DNA from: Phormidium sp.
Lineage (GTDB): Bacteria; Cyanobacteriota; Cyanobacteriia; Cyanobacteriales; Aerosakkonemataceae
Length of the DNA: 64,000 nucleotides
Direction of reading: 5' to 3'
Assembly (NCBI GenBank): GCA_051013385.1
Contig: CP143273.1
Span: 800,001-864,000 of the forward strand
Position 1 is the stretch's first letter. Every line of letters begins with the position of its first letter. Shown here one piece after another: positions 32,401-41,848 of this stretch. The notes beneath the pieces were generated by a model. It was not told the origin of the DNA. It saw only the letters and a program-made list of their open reading frames with translations, and searched no databases. The translations under genes and the position numbers were made by a program.

Positions 32401-32847
32401 GTAATCTCCACTAAAACCAAGCCAAATTTCAAAATGAGAACCAATATCGCAAGTAATTAAAAAAGGCGGTTGGGGTTCTAAATGACGAGTGTAGGAAAGT
32501 CCTTGCACAAAGGCTTTTTCCATTTCCTTGAAATAAGTTGCCGTTCCCCGCTTGGCTGTACCTTTCCCGGCAACTTCCCCCCCTTGCTTAGCCTCAATGA
32601 CAAAATGCCCTTGTTTATAAAAATCGACAAAACAAGTCGTCACCTTACCACTAGGATGGGGAATTTTTACATCCTTTTCAAAGCAATAGCGATCGCCAGG
32701 AATACTACCCTTAGCTGGAGGAGGTTCAACACCCAAAGCCTTACATAAATCCAGAAAAAAAGAGTCTTTATTAGCTCTTTCGTCACCGCTTGAGCCTTGC
32801 CATCGTTTCAGGAACTCTTGTACCCGTTGCAAGTCTGACTCATCCAT
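29446..32847 (-). CDS. Type IIG/IIL (MmeI/YeeA-like) restriction-modification enzyme
   Basis: DFYKQGHFVIEAKQG nuclease; FNGGLF; GAHYTP; LDPACGSGNF; SNPPF; RYNKTRCFDPFPFP. Confidence 0.92.
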   Translation of the reverse strand: MDESDLQRVQEFLKRWQGSSGDERANKDSFFLDLCKALGVEPPPAKGSIPGDRYCFEKDVKIPHPSGKVTTCFVDFYKQGHFVIEAKQGGEVAGKGTAKRGTATYFKEMEKAFVQGLSYTRHLEPQPPFLITCDIGSHFEIWLGFSGDYGGYGARRTIPLADFQKPDIFALFVDIFTNPQKRNPEKIAARVTREVAADLAALARSLESNRQPQEVASFLMGCIFTMFAEDVGLLPEKLFTEALKERWIPKPKSFQPEVEALWQAMNEGTSFGFSGKLLKFNGGLFADASAFPLNGEQLEVLLQASQRDWSQVEPAIFGTLLERALDAKERSKLGAHYTPRSYVERLVRPVILEPIREQWELVQAEVKQTLENAGEEPTKKQVKNAIALIQDFLKELREIKILDPACGSGNFLYVTLDLLKGLESEVLRRLADITGGEQLSLDFDQVNPSQFLGIELNPRAAAIADLVIWIGYLQWHFKRFGNIPPIEPVLRAYNNIECRDAVLDYDSKEIAIDPTTKQPRTRWGGRMMTHSVTGENVPDPTNQIPIYKFINPRPAEWQEANYIVSNPPFIGNARMREVLGDGYAETLRQVYQDVPDTVDFVMYWWHKAAELVRLGKVARFGFITTNSIRQVWQRKVIDFHLSQKNPIRLIFAISDHPWVDGGAAVRIAMTAAELDNNQIKIAQLGVVISEKEEEIPENSAEQVEVQLHNVGKIFSSLQVGADLTQCQALNANNRLSSRGVMLFGSGFIVEQSDWAKVESEVLFPYINGRDFMQRSRNVRVIDLFGLTIEQAEKNYPKAYQWVLERVKPERDANRDKSLRENWWIFGRIRTELRRALKGLKLYIATVETSKHRIFTFLDAQVLADNMLIAIALEDAYFLGVLSSKVHVKWALAAGGDLGGNTPRYNKTRCFDPFPFPDSTPEQKQKIRELGEKLDNHRKKVQSQHPEITLTGMYNLLEKLRAGEPFTEADKTYNNKALVSTLKQIHDSLDAAVLEAYGWEQNISDEEILERLVALNAERSAEEHNGLIRWLRPEYQAPKEIATQMTLAGITEAEEVITAPAEQKTWPKKPKEQLAAIRDLLRTTGGEWTVEQVVAKFKGATRQKKAISEHLETLEALGILLSRQENSTICWHHK

Positions 32848-33896
32848 TTTGGCAACTTAGCTAACTTTTGAGGTGTTTACTTAGATTATCAGCGAATATG
32901 CACAGCAATTCTATTTAATTTGTTAATTTTTACCCCATAATTTTCTGTACAAAGGAAGAAAAAGTAGTAGGTTAATTTAGCCAGGAAAAGCTGTTTTAGC
33001 CCAACGCCCCAAAAACCCGGCTCGCGGGAGTGTTCAAGTAATAAATTTTATCGTTATTATACGGACTCAACTTTTGCTAGGAGTCCTTTACATCAAGGCT
33101 TTTGAGGCAAAAATCTAGATAATTTCTCTCAACTAATTAAGTAATCTTTCTTTTGGTGCAAGCATTGTCGCTGTTGTAGCTGCTAGACTTCCACCTTAGT
33201 TATAGATGAAGCAGATCTTCACATATAATAAATATCTTATTTTGTCAAGGCAACCAAGTCAGAGAATTTTAGATAACATAGTATTAGTAGCTTTACTAGT
33301 ATCCGCCAAAAGAAGCAGATGCGTAAACCTACCTATATCTTTATGTAGATCGAATACCTTAATAAGTAAATACCATTAACTAGGGTGCAAAAATTCGCTT
33401 TTAATTATAAGTAAACATACAGAAAAATCTATGGGGATCAATTGAAATCATATCATATTAAGAGATTTTACGTAAAGGATCGGGGAATTCTAAATTATCC
33501 TAAAGATAGATGGATTCCCTAATAGGGTTCTTTTAAACTATAAAAGTAATCCAATTCTCGGTTGTTGATCGCTCGGTTAGCAAACAAGGAGAGGAAATTG
33601 TTCCTAGTAATTAAATCTCCCTTGGAGACAGTTAAAAGTAATGAAACCCTTGGTATGATATCGCACTTTTGTTAATAGGTTACTCAGTACTTTCGCTGAA
33701 GAGTCTACCGAGAAATTGGAGCAAATTTTCAAAAAAGTTTATCTAGGCGGTGAGTTAGGTTATGAAGCGACCAATCGAAAACTAAGTTAGAAATAGCATC
33801 ACTAAAAATGGTCGGTTTCATTTACTCAATTTCATTTCATCCAGTTTATTCATCCAACGATTTAATTAACAAATTTTTTGAAGAGAGGCAAATACA

Positions 33897-34082
33897 ATGA
33901 ATACTCGCAGTAACTCTTGTCCATTTTGTGGCAGTTCACTGCTTCGCCACGTTCGTCATCAAGGTGTTTATTGGTTCTGCAACAGTTGCTATCAAGAAGT
34001 GCCTTCTCTGACTTCAATGGTGATGTCCCGTCGTGATACAGTAGGACAGCAGTCGCGTCCGCTCACGGCAGTGGGTTCCTAA
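33897..34082 (+). CDS. Small Zn-ribbon protein
   Basis: CPFC...LLRHVR..GVYWFCNSCYQEVP; AGAGG RBS. Confidence 0.75.
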   Translation: MNTRSNSCPFCGSSLLRHVRHQGVYWFCNSCYQEVPSLTSMVMSRRDTVGQQSRPLTAVGS

Positions 34083-34086
34083 AGTT

Positions 34087-35175
34087 TTGCTAGGTGCGGT
34101 ACTTTACGGTCAAGAAGATTTACGTTTGGAATCAGTAGCAGATCCGATACCTGATTCCCAAGAGATAATTATTCAAGTCGGAGTAGCAACCACCTGCGGT
34201 ACCGACTTGAAAGTATGGCGCAGGGGTGGTCATGCTAAAATGTTGCGACCACCGACGCTATTTGGTCATGAGGCAGCAGGTAGAGTTGTTGCTGTTGGCA
34301 AAGATGTGCGAGGTTGGCAAGTTGGCGATCGCGTAGTCGCCAACAATTCCGCTCCTTGCATGAATTGTTTCTTTTGTCAACGGCAAGAATTTTCCCTCTG
34401 CCCGAATTTAACTTGGAACAATGGCACATTTGCCGAATACTTAAAAATTCCCGCCCAAATTGTTAAACATAATTTATTAGCAATTCCCAAGGATTTGCCC
34501 GATGCGTTAGCATCGATGACTGAACCGCTAGCTTGTGTATTGCATGGGGTAGCAAGGTCGAATATTAAATCAGGCGATCGCGTGGTAGTAATTGGAGATG
34601 GTGCGATCGGTCTAATGTTCGTCGCTGTTATTGCCCAAGGTTGGAGTGAACCCCACCCCCAACCCCTCCCCGTCTACGGGGAGGGGAGAACTCAGTGTCC
34701 AGTTTTTCTCTTTGGTGGGAACGATCAACGATTGGAAATCGGGAAAAAATTAGGGGCAACTCAAACATTTAATCATCATCAAATAAGTGATATTCCCACA
34801 GTAGTTAAAGAACTGACGGAAGGATGGGGTGCGGATGTAGTGATTGAAGCGACGGGAGTTCCAGCAGTTTGGGAAAGTGCGATCGCGATCGCTCGTCCCG
34901 GTGCTACCGTTAATCTATTCGGAGGTTGTCCGCGAGATACCACCATCACCGTGAATACAGAACAACTGCATTACAGCGAATTAACAATAAAAGGCGTTTT
35001 TCACAACACACCCAAATATGTCAGAGAAGCACTCGCACTCTTAGCAAGTCGCACCATACCCTTTGAATTATTAATCAGCGAACATCGTCCCCTGAAAGAT
35101 TTGGAACAGGTGTTTCAAGATATGAAGAATCGTAAGTCAATTAAAGTAGCAATGTTGCCGAATATGCCATCCTAG
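34087..35175 (+). CDS. Zinc-dependent alcohol dehydrogenase family protein
   Basis: CGTD; GHE; CMNCFFC...C; EPLAC; G.GAIG; TTG start. Confidence 0.92.
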   Translation: MLGAVLYGQEDLRLESVADPIPDSQEIIIQVGVATTCGTDLKVWRRGGHAKMLRPPTLFGHEAAGRVVAVGKDVRGWQVGDRVVANNSAPCMNCFFCQRQEFSLCPNLTWNNGTFAEYLKIPAQIVKHNLLAIPKDLPDALASMTEPLACVLHGVARSNIKSGDRVVVIGDGAIGLMFVAVIAQGWSEPHPQPLPVYGEGRTQCPVFLFGGNDQRLEIGKKLGATQTFNHHQISDIPTVVKELTEGWGADVVIEATGVPAVWESAIAIARPGATVNLFGGCPRDTTITVNTEQLHYSELTIKGVFHNTPKYVREALALLASRTIPFELLISEHRPLKDLEQVFQDMKNRKSIKVAMLPNMPS

Positions 35176-35208
35176 AGGCAAATCAAAAATCTACTTTTGT
35201 GCTGACTT

Positions 35209-35796
35209 ATGAAAGCTAAGGGTTTGTTAATGTTGGGATTGGGAATAGCGATCGCTGGATTTGGCGATCGGGCAAACGCCTTACCAGGACAGACAACAGC
35301 AGAAGTTGCCGCTTGGATCAAAGGAAATCCCACCCTAAGTCCCTATAGCGGACAAACATTGCTAGTACACAGAACCGATACACCCGCCCAAAGATTCACC
35401 TTTGAAGCTTCCGTACTAGCACCAGGTTTAGCAACACCACCAGGAGATCCCGGCATTGTTCGCACCGAAAGAATCAACCTGTTTGACATGATTAACGGTG
35501 TCACCCCCAACCGTCTCCAAGAATCACTACGCATCATCTACGGTTTAGAGATTTACCAAGATTTCCAACAAGCAAGAGTAATTTACTCTTACCCAAATCC
35601 CGCAATGGTACAAGAAGCACGCACCTTAACCTTACCCTTACAAGAAGCACTCAAAGGCGAACTAAGATTAGGATCGCGTTTTGCCTACTGGGTAGAATTT
35701 CCCCAACCCCAAGACGGTAAACCAATCATGGGCAAAATCACCATCCTACTCAAGAGTGACTTAGACAAACTAGAAGCACAACTCCGCAACCGTTAG
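35209..35796 (+). CDS. Conserved cyanobacterial exported protein
   Basis: Signal peptide ending ANA-LPGQ; AQRFTFEAS. Confidence 0.75.
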   Translation: MKAKGLLMLGLGIAIAGFGDRANALPGQTTAEVAAWIKGNPTLSPYSGQTLLVHRTDTPAQRFTFEASVLAPGLATPPGDPGIVRTERINLFDMINGVTPNRLQESLRIIYGLEIYQDFQQARVIYSYPNPAMVQEARTLTLPLQEALKGELRLGSRFAYWVEFPQPQDGKPIMGKITILLKSDLDKLEAQLRNR

Positions 35797-35980
35797 GGGG
35801 AGATGGGGAGATGGGGAGATGGGGAGATGGGGAGATGGGGAGATGGGGGGATGGGGGGATGGGGGAAAGTAATTTAACTAACTACCTCTTCAACTCTTCT
35901 TTCCCGTTCCCTATTCCCTATTCCCTATTCCCTGTTCCCTGTTCCCTGTTCCCTGTTCCCTGTTCCCTGTTCCCTTCCCC
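35796..35980. repeat. STRR tandem repeats
   Basis: (GGGGAGAT)n, then (TTCCCTA)n and (TTCCCTG)n, between convergent genes. Confidence 0.9.
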
Positions 35981-35981
35981 C

Positions 35982-36329
35982 TTAACTTTGCCAAGTACCG
36001 GAAAAAATACTTCTGACAGCGACATCAATCCGGTTTAAATCTTCATTGAGCAAAAAAGGCCACTCAACCCCGGCACGAAGTCCCTTTTCGTACAGGCGAC
36101 GACTCTCAAAACTCAGCAAATGCAACGCATTCACTAATTCTTTGTCCAAGCTGGTTTCATCCTTCAAAGCATCGAACACCATTTTCAACGCTAATAATAT
36201 AGATGTCTGCTGTCCTGGTACTGGTGACTTCTCCTGACTCAGGCGCATCAGAAAGTCGTCAGGATTTCGCTGGGTTTCCAGGGCAGTTCCTTGATTAATG
36301 AGGAAATTTCGGGCTGTTTTGTAATCCAT
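35982..36329 (-). CDS. Conserved cyanobacterial hypothetical protein
   Basis: MDYKTARNFL..QG...PVPGQQTSILLALK...SIFSG; likely start ATG 36329. Confidence 0.75.
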   Translation of the reverse strand: MDYKTARNFLINQGTALETQRNPDDFLMRLSQEKSPVPGQQTSILLALKMVFDALKDETSLDKELVNALHLLSFESRRLYEKGLRAGVEWPFLLNEDLNRIDVAVRSIFSGTWQS

Positions 36330-36560
36330 TTTCTCGCTATTCCTTTCTGCCCAAATTTTACCCCCTGAGTGAGAGGGTTTATCCTCATTCACCTTTAAAA
36401 ATGGTTATAAGTTTGTTGTGAACGCTTGAGCGTTCTAGCACGCTCTGTGCTCACAACGAACCTAAAATAATTTGTTGATTGCGGAACATTTGCCAAAATC
36501 AGTAAGTCAAATAAAACAAATAGATGAGATGTAAATGAAATAGTTAATGGTGTATTTCTC

Positions 36561-37283
36561 ATGAAATTTAAATTCTTGACGCAAATTTTTCTATCGACTC
36601 TGGCTTTATCTAGCACTTTTGCTATAACAAATCCGGTAAAAGCTCAACAAACAGTACCAGCAGAAAGATTACCAGCAGAAAGTGTCACGCCCGATCGACA
36701 AACTGATTTAACAACTACTTTTGAATGTGTTACTGAAGGTAGAAGTTATGCCACAGTTGCCCGGAGAGGAGAAAGAGTTACTTCACCAATCCTTCTTTGG
36801 AGAACTTTCGAGTTTGGTAGTCAATATACTCCCGAAAATCGTTGTCGCATGGTGTCCGATCGCTTAACCAGAGCAGTTGGTGAAAATGGGGGAAGACTAA
36901 CTAATTTACAACTAACAACTGGTAGAGTGAATAATTTACCTGTCATTTGTTACACCAATGGTGGGCAATCTGCTTGTAATTCTAGAAATTTACTCCTAAC
37001 TTTAGATAGTCGCAATGCCACTAACCCTAATGCAGCTTTGGATAATTTATTAAACTTTGGTGTTAGCGGTTCTGGTTCGCCAGTGGTTTCTTTTGCTCCT
37101 TCTTCAGGAATTAATCGTCGTCCATCTTCAACTCCAAAACGAGTTAGTTTGGAAAGAATTGTTAATGAAGCTTTTGAGGACAAATATGGCGATGATGAAA
37201 CACCTGTTGTGCGCCCACAACCGCCCGTTTCTCGCCCTAGCAATCCGGTTTCTCGCCCTCGACCTGTAAATAATGGTATTTAG
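36561..37283 (+). CDS. COP23-domain exported protein
   Basis: F.C...YATV...W....FG..YTPENRC..VS.R...G.VN..PVIC...LL.TL. Confidence 0.82.
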   Translation: MKFKFLTQIFLSTLALSSTFAITNPVKAQQTVPAERLPAESVTPDRQTDLTTTFECVTEGRSYATVARRGERVTSPILLWRTFEFGSQYTPENRCRMVSDRLTRAVGENGGRLTNLQLTTGRVNNLPVICYTNGGQSACNSRNLLLTLDSRNATNPNAALDNLLNFGVSGSGSPVVSFAPSSGINRRPSSTPKRVSLERIVNEAFEDKYGDDETPVVRPQPPVSRPSNPVSRPRPVNNGI

Positions 37284-37397
37284 GAATTGGTAATAGGTAG
37301 TGGGATTTCTACCACCAACTAACCTGGGAGGTTTTACACTTCCCAGGTCGGTCATTTTTTGGGATCTTAAAAATGTTATTTAGGGAATTAAACGCTT

Positions 37398-38225
37398 GTG
37401 GTGTGGTTGTTATTCTGGCTGTTTTCTCATCAATCTTTAGCTGTCTACTTGGGTGCGATCGCTTCTCTACCAACAACTTTACTAAGAGAAAATTCAGCAA
37501 GATTAGAAAGTCAAAGCCATACTAAACTTTCCCAAACTGGAGCAGTAAATAATGTTTCTGTACCAGAAGTTGCTAGGCAAGTTACTGTGAGAATTTTCTC
37601 TAATTCCAGTGCTGGTTCTGGGGTAATTATTAGCCGCAAAGGACAAGTTTACACAGTCCTTACTTGCGATCATGTACTAAATGAAAAATCAAGTAATAAT
37701 TATACAATTTTAACTTCAGATGGGCACACTTATCCCGCTCAAAAGTTAACTTACCCTGAGTTTGGAGAGCGTGATTTAGGGATAGTACAATTTACTAGTC
37801 CGCAAATTTACCAAGTAGCAGAAATGGGAAATTCTGATGCTTTAGTAATGGGAGAAGCGGTATATGCGGCGGGTTTTCCTAATTGGTATTGGATTAATCC
37901 GAAAGCAATAGAAAGCACCCGTGATTGGGGAACTAGGGCTTTTCGGTTAACTAAAGGAACTTTGGAAATGATTTCCGATCGCTCGCTCCCCAGAGGTTAT
38001 CAATTAGGCTACACTAACGAAGTAGAAAATGGCATGAGTGGCGGGCCTGTTTTAGATCAAAATGGGCGATTAATTGGAATTAATGGCAGATTGAAATTTC
38101 CTCCCCAAGGGATTGCCGTTTACAGATTTGCCGATGGTACAATACCATCAGCAGCAGTTTTTCAAAAAATGGAATCATTGAGTTGGGCAATCCCAATTGG
38201 TACTTTCCGGCGATTATTCAGGTAA
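37398..38225 (+). CDS. Trypsin-like (S1) serine protease
   Basis: GSGV, TCDHV (His), DLG (Asp), GMSGGP (Ser); start uncertain; COP23-protease pairing is common in cyanobacteria. Confidence 0.88.
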   Translation: MVWLLFWLFSHQSLAVYLGAIASLPTTLLRENSARLESQSHTKLSQTGAVNNVSVPEVARQVTVRIFSNSSAGSGVIISRKGQVYTVLTCDHVLNEKSSNNYTILTSDGHTYPAQKLTYPEFGERDLGIVQFTSPQIYQVAEMGNSDALVMGEAVYAAGFPNWYWINPKAIESTRDWGTRAFRLTKGTLEMISDRSLPRGYQLGYTNEVENGMSGGPVLDQNGRLIGINGRLKFPPQGIAVYRFADGTIPSAAVFQKMESLSWAIPIGTFRRLFR

Positions 38226-38229
38226 TATT

Positions 38230-38475
38230 TTAAGATAATGGCAAGTAGCGTATTTGTCCTGACCATTCACCGTCATAGCTACATTCTGCTAATAGTAAAA
38301 TGTCAGCAATAATGCGATCGCTATTCGCCTCAATGCTAACAGCAAATATTCCCGGCATCGCTAATCCGGCGGCAACTCTTTGATTAGCAAATTCAGTAAT
38401 GGTTTTGACATCATGAGTCAAGAGAATTCTTCCCGGTTCACTAGCCCACTCTAGCAGTTTATCATCGTCTTTTAC
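38230..38475 (-). pseudogene. 5'-truncated DUF5615 PIN-like toxin
   Basis: DDDKLLEWA..PGRILLTHDVKT...G..MPG...DILLLAECS..GEW.GQIRYLPL; N-terminal part absent. Confidence 0.7.
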
Positions 38476-38595
38476 CGAAAAATTAATATAAAATTACTAA
38501 AACGTCGAATTGATGCTCCGATTACTTATCACCATCAGTACAAGAGAGCATCCCAGTCCCCAGTCCCCAATCCCCAGTCCCCAATCCCCAAAATA

Positions 38596-39831
38596 TTACT
38601 GCTGGATAAACAAAATTACTGTTTGGATCAACCCGACAACAAAACCTAAAATTCCGCCTAAATTGACGATCGCTTGCAATTCACTCCTGACAATTCCTTG
38701 AATTGCTAACTCTAAATCTTTCGCGGAAGTTGCTTGTACTCGCTGAATAATTACTTGGTCAATATTTAGAATCGGGATAATTTGTTCCACAATATTTTCT
38801 AAATCTCGCTCTAAGTAACGTTCTAAAACTAAAGCTAATTCTTTACTCACAACGGTTAAAGAAGAATTAACAACAGGAGAATTTCGCAATCTATTTAAGA
38901 TAATATGAGTAGTGCCTTGCCAGTTTATGGAGTCAGTTAAACCTTCCATTAATTCTACACCACGTTCTTGGACGTAACTGCGAATACTTTCGCGCATTGT
39001 CTTGCGGAGTTGGCGCACTGTGGAAATAGGGAGATTTTGCAAAGATATATTTTGTAACCATTCTTGTAAACGTTGTTTAACTGCAAAAGATTGAGTTAAT
39101 TCAGATAATCTCTGATTTGCTTCGTCTTTTTCATCCAGACAATAAGTTCGTAAACGACTTAAAGTGTTTCTTAAACCGAATAAATTGGCGACTACCCAGT
39201 AAGTTCCACTAGTTTCGCCGCGAAACTTTTCATCTATTAGTTGGATGTTGCGATCGGTCAGAAAATCAATTATCGCCACCCGCAATACTTCGGGAGGCAA
39301 AACTACCTGTATAAGCCAATCTGCTAATTGATTTGCTTGTGGTTCGCTGAGTTGAAATTCTAATAAGATCTGGTCAAATATTTGATTTAATTGGGGTTCT
39401 AAAAAATCTTCCCGACGCGCTAAAACTTTTAACAACCTGGGTAAAGATTGACCAAGTAAATCGCGGAGAATTCCGGCAATTACTTTCACAGTTTTATCTT
39501 CTTTATCTGCTGATTGCAATTGATCTAAGGCTAACCGCAACAACCAGAGAATTACCCCTTGAACTCGTTCTGTTTCTAATAGACGACGCGCTAAATTTTG
39601 TAATTCTTCGGGAGTTAGTAGTGACCCCATGATAGTATCAGAAATTCGCTTTGCCAAGCGTTCCTGATTGGCGGGAATTAAACCTGGTGTAAAAGGTAAC
39701 TTTCGCTTACCTATATATTTAGCTTTATAGGGACGAAACAGCATTTTAATGGCTATATCGTTGGTGAAATAGCCAATAATTGCACCAAGTATGGGAGGAC
39801 TAATATAAAGCCAGAAATTAGAGAGATTCAA
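38596..39831 (-). CDS. DUF445 family protein
   Basis: [19 protein letters not shown]...[17 protein letters not shown]; likely TTG start at 39831 (the upstream extension is STRR-derived). Confidence 0.88.
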   Translation of the reverse strand: MNLSNFWLYISPPILGAIIGYFTNDIAIKMLFRPYKAKYIGKRKLPFTPGLIPANQERLAKRISDTIMGSLLTPEELQNLARRLLETERVQGVILWLLRLALDQLQSADKEDKTVKVIAGILRDLLGQSLPRLLKVLARREDFLEPQLNQIFDQILLEFQLSEPQANQLADWLIQVVLPPEVLRVAIIDFLTDRNIQLIDEKFRGETSGTYWVVANLFGLRNTLSRLRTYCLDEKDEANQRLSELTQSFAVKQRLQEWLQNISLQNLPISTVRQLRKTMRESIRSYVQERGVELMEGLTDSINWQGTTHIILNRLRNSPVVNSSLTVVSKELALVLERYLERDLENIVEQIIPILNIDQVIIQRVQATSAKDLELAIQGIVRSELQAIVNLGGILGFVVGLIQTVILFIQQ

Positions 39832-39924
39832 CTGGGTGGTAATTGGTAATTGGTAGTTGGTAATTGGGGAGTTGGTACAAACTATGAGTTTTGACTGACT
39901 AGCCAACACCCCATTACTTTTATT

Positions 39925-40623
39925 TTATTTTGTAATTCGTAAAACTCCCATAATCCCACCAGCGATCGCATAATGAGTAGCAGTGGTAAATCCGGCTTGA
40001 TGAGCTAGGTTTACTTGCTGCTGACCTTGGGGAAATTTGTCTAAACTAGGGCTAATATAAGCGTATTCTTCTGTTAAACCGAAATGTTGAGCAGCAGTAA
40101 CTACAATATTTTTGAGATACCACTGCTGTAAGTTTTGCATTAGGGGATTTTCAGGACGATGGAAGTCGAGAATTGCGGCAGTTGCTCCGGGTTTGAGAAT
40201 GCGGTACAATTCGTGCAAACATTGGGGAATGTCGGTGACGTTACGCAGTCCATATCCCATTGTGGCACTATCAAAATGATTGTCGGGGAAGGGAAGTTGC
40301 AGAACGTCTGCTTCTACCCAGACGATCGCCAATGGTGGATAATGATTTTGAGTCCGTTCTTTGGCGATCGCTAACAATCCCGCAGAAAAGTCTACCCCAA
40401 ACACTTGACCAGTATTTCCTACCTGACGCGCTAAAATCTGACTGAGATCGCCACTACCACAACACAAGTCTATACAAGTGTCGCCAGTTTTAGCTTGACT
40501 CCATTTCACTGTCATCAGTTTCCAAACTCGATGTTGTCCCAGGCTTAACCAATCGTTGAGATTGTCGTAAACTGGAGCAATATTGTTGAAGATGGTTTGA
40601 ATTTCACTGGCGCGCGAGGACAT
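39925..40623 (-). CDS. menG: Demethylphylloquinol/menaquinone methyltransferase
   Basis: F..IAPVYD.LND.LSLG.H; DLCCGSGD; MGYGLRNV. Confidence 0.9.
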   Translation of the reverse strand: MSSRASEIQTIFNNIAPVYDNLNDWLSLGQHRVWKLMTVKWSQAKTGDTCIDLCCGSGDLSQILARQVGNTGQVFGVDFSAGLLAIAKERTQNHYPPLAIVWVEADVLQLPFPDNHFDSATMGYGLRNVTDIPQCLHELYRILKPGATAAILDFHRPENPLMQNLQQWYLKNIVVTAAQHFGLTEEYAYISPSLDKFPQGQQQVNLAHQAGFTTATHYAIAGGIMGVLRITK

Positions 40624-40666
40624 TCGATTTTAGATTTAATGTTGTGGAGAAATGCAATTACTCAAG

Positions 40667-41611
40667 TTAAGCAGCTTTGGTACTGGTGAGAACTAAAGCA
40701 ACTTGTTGAGCAGAAAGATGAATTAGTTTAATTTCATCTTCTCGCAGTTGGCAAGGATTTTTCCATTGCAGGGACAAAACTGCCATTACTTGATCTCGGT
40801 AAATAATCGGGACAATAATATGTGCTTGAATACCGGATGCTGCGTAATGACTGACTTCTGACAAGTTAGCATCTGCGGGGACGTTTACCGATCCTTGTAA
40901 TTGTTTGTTAGCGATCGCATCTTTAAGTAATGGATCTTCTGCTAACCAATTTTCGATCCGACTATCCGCGCTGTAAATACCTTGAGCCGAATTTAAAGAA
41001 TTGTTTTCTACTAGTTGCAAAATACAACCATCTGCGGCAAAATTTTCGCCAAAGGCTTGAGCGATCGGTTGTAAAGATTCTTCTACCTTGGTCGCCGCTT
41101 GCGCTACTTGGACTATAGTGGAAAGCAAAGCCATCTGTGCATTCGCACGGCGTAATTCTTCTGTCCGCTGTTTGAGTAATTCGTAAGTCTCAGTAGCACG
41201 TTGCACTACTGCCTTGAGTTCTAAAGGGTCCCAAGGTTTAGTGATATACTTGTATACTTGTCCAGAATTGATTGCGTCTACTAAGTCTTCTATATCAGTA
41301 AATCCGGTGAGGATAATTCTTACAGTGTCGGGAAATTGCGGTACAGTTTTACTCAAGAATTCTGTCCCTTTCATTTCTGGCATTCTTTGATCGGAGATAA
41401 TCACCGCAACTTCGCCTTCCGTTGCTAATACTTCCAATGCTTGAATCCCACTTTCAGCTTTTAGGACTTGAAAATCTCGTCGGAAGGTACGATAAAGCAA
41501 ATCTAAATTATCTGGTTCATCATCTACAACCAACATTTTGGCTTTTTTACGTCTTTCGAGACTCATAAGCTGACGACGGATAGTTTCTAATTCTGGAATG
41601 GTATTTTCCAT
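40667..41611 (-). CDS. Response regulator receiver + GAF domain protein
   Basis: VVDDE; SDQRMP; KPW; C-terminal GAF (IVPIIY..V.AVLSL). Confidence 0.9.
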   Translation of the reverse strand: MENTIPELETIRRQLMSLERRKKAKMLVVDDEPDNLDLLYRTFRRDFQVLKAESGIQALEVLATEGEVAVIISDQRMPEMKGTEFLSKTVPQFPDTVRIILTGFTDIEDLVDAINSGQVYKYITKPWDPLELKAVVQRATETYELLKQRTEELRRANAQMALLSTIVQVAQAATKVEESLQPIAQAFGENFAADGCILQLVENNSLNSAQGIYSADSRIENWLAEDPLLKDAIANKQLQGSVNVPADANLSEVSHYAASGIQAHIIVPIIYRDQVMAVLSLQWKNPCQLREDEIKLIHLSAQQVALVLTSTKAA

Positions 41612-41848
41612 AAGACTTGAATCTAATTTTGGCAGTTAATCTAAACTTCGCGATCGCATATCCTTAGAATCGTAACAATTATTGCAGTCGAACTAGGCGA
41701 TCTTTCCAGGGGAGTTCAGAATTTTTAATTAACTTGCTCTGTTCTAAACTGGAATTTTAGCAAGTAGGGGCGGGTTTAGGAGATAATTTTCGCATTAGAG
41801 TAGAAGAATTAACCACAAAACTCGCCCCTACATTTACCCTTTGTCATT

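Noticed and set aside
35796..35980. Tandem repeats as a CRISPR array (also 28412-28550 and 61385-61476)
   Set aside because: 7-8 bp units with no unique spacers and no cas genes; these are STRRs
35811..36038. Short ORFs translated from STRRs (also 38510-38701, 61190-61537, 61308-61649) and antisense ORFs within long genes
   Set aside because: Low-complexity translations of repeats or shadow ORFs of well-supported genes
35982..36329. Dethiobiotin synthetase label sometimes given to this family
   Set aside because: 115 aa with no P-loop; cannot be BioD
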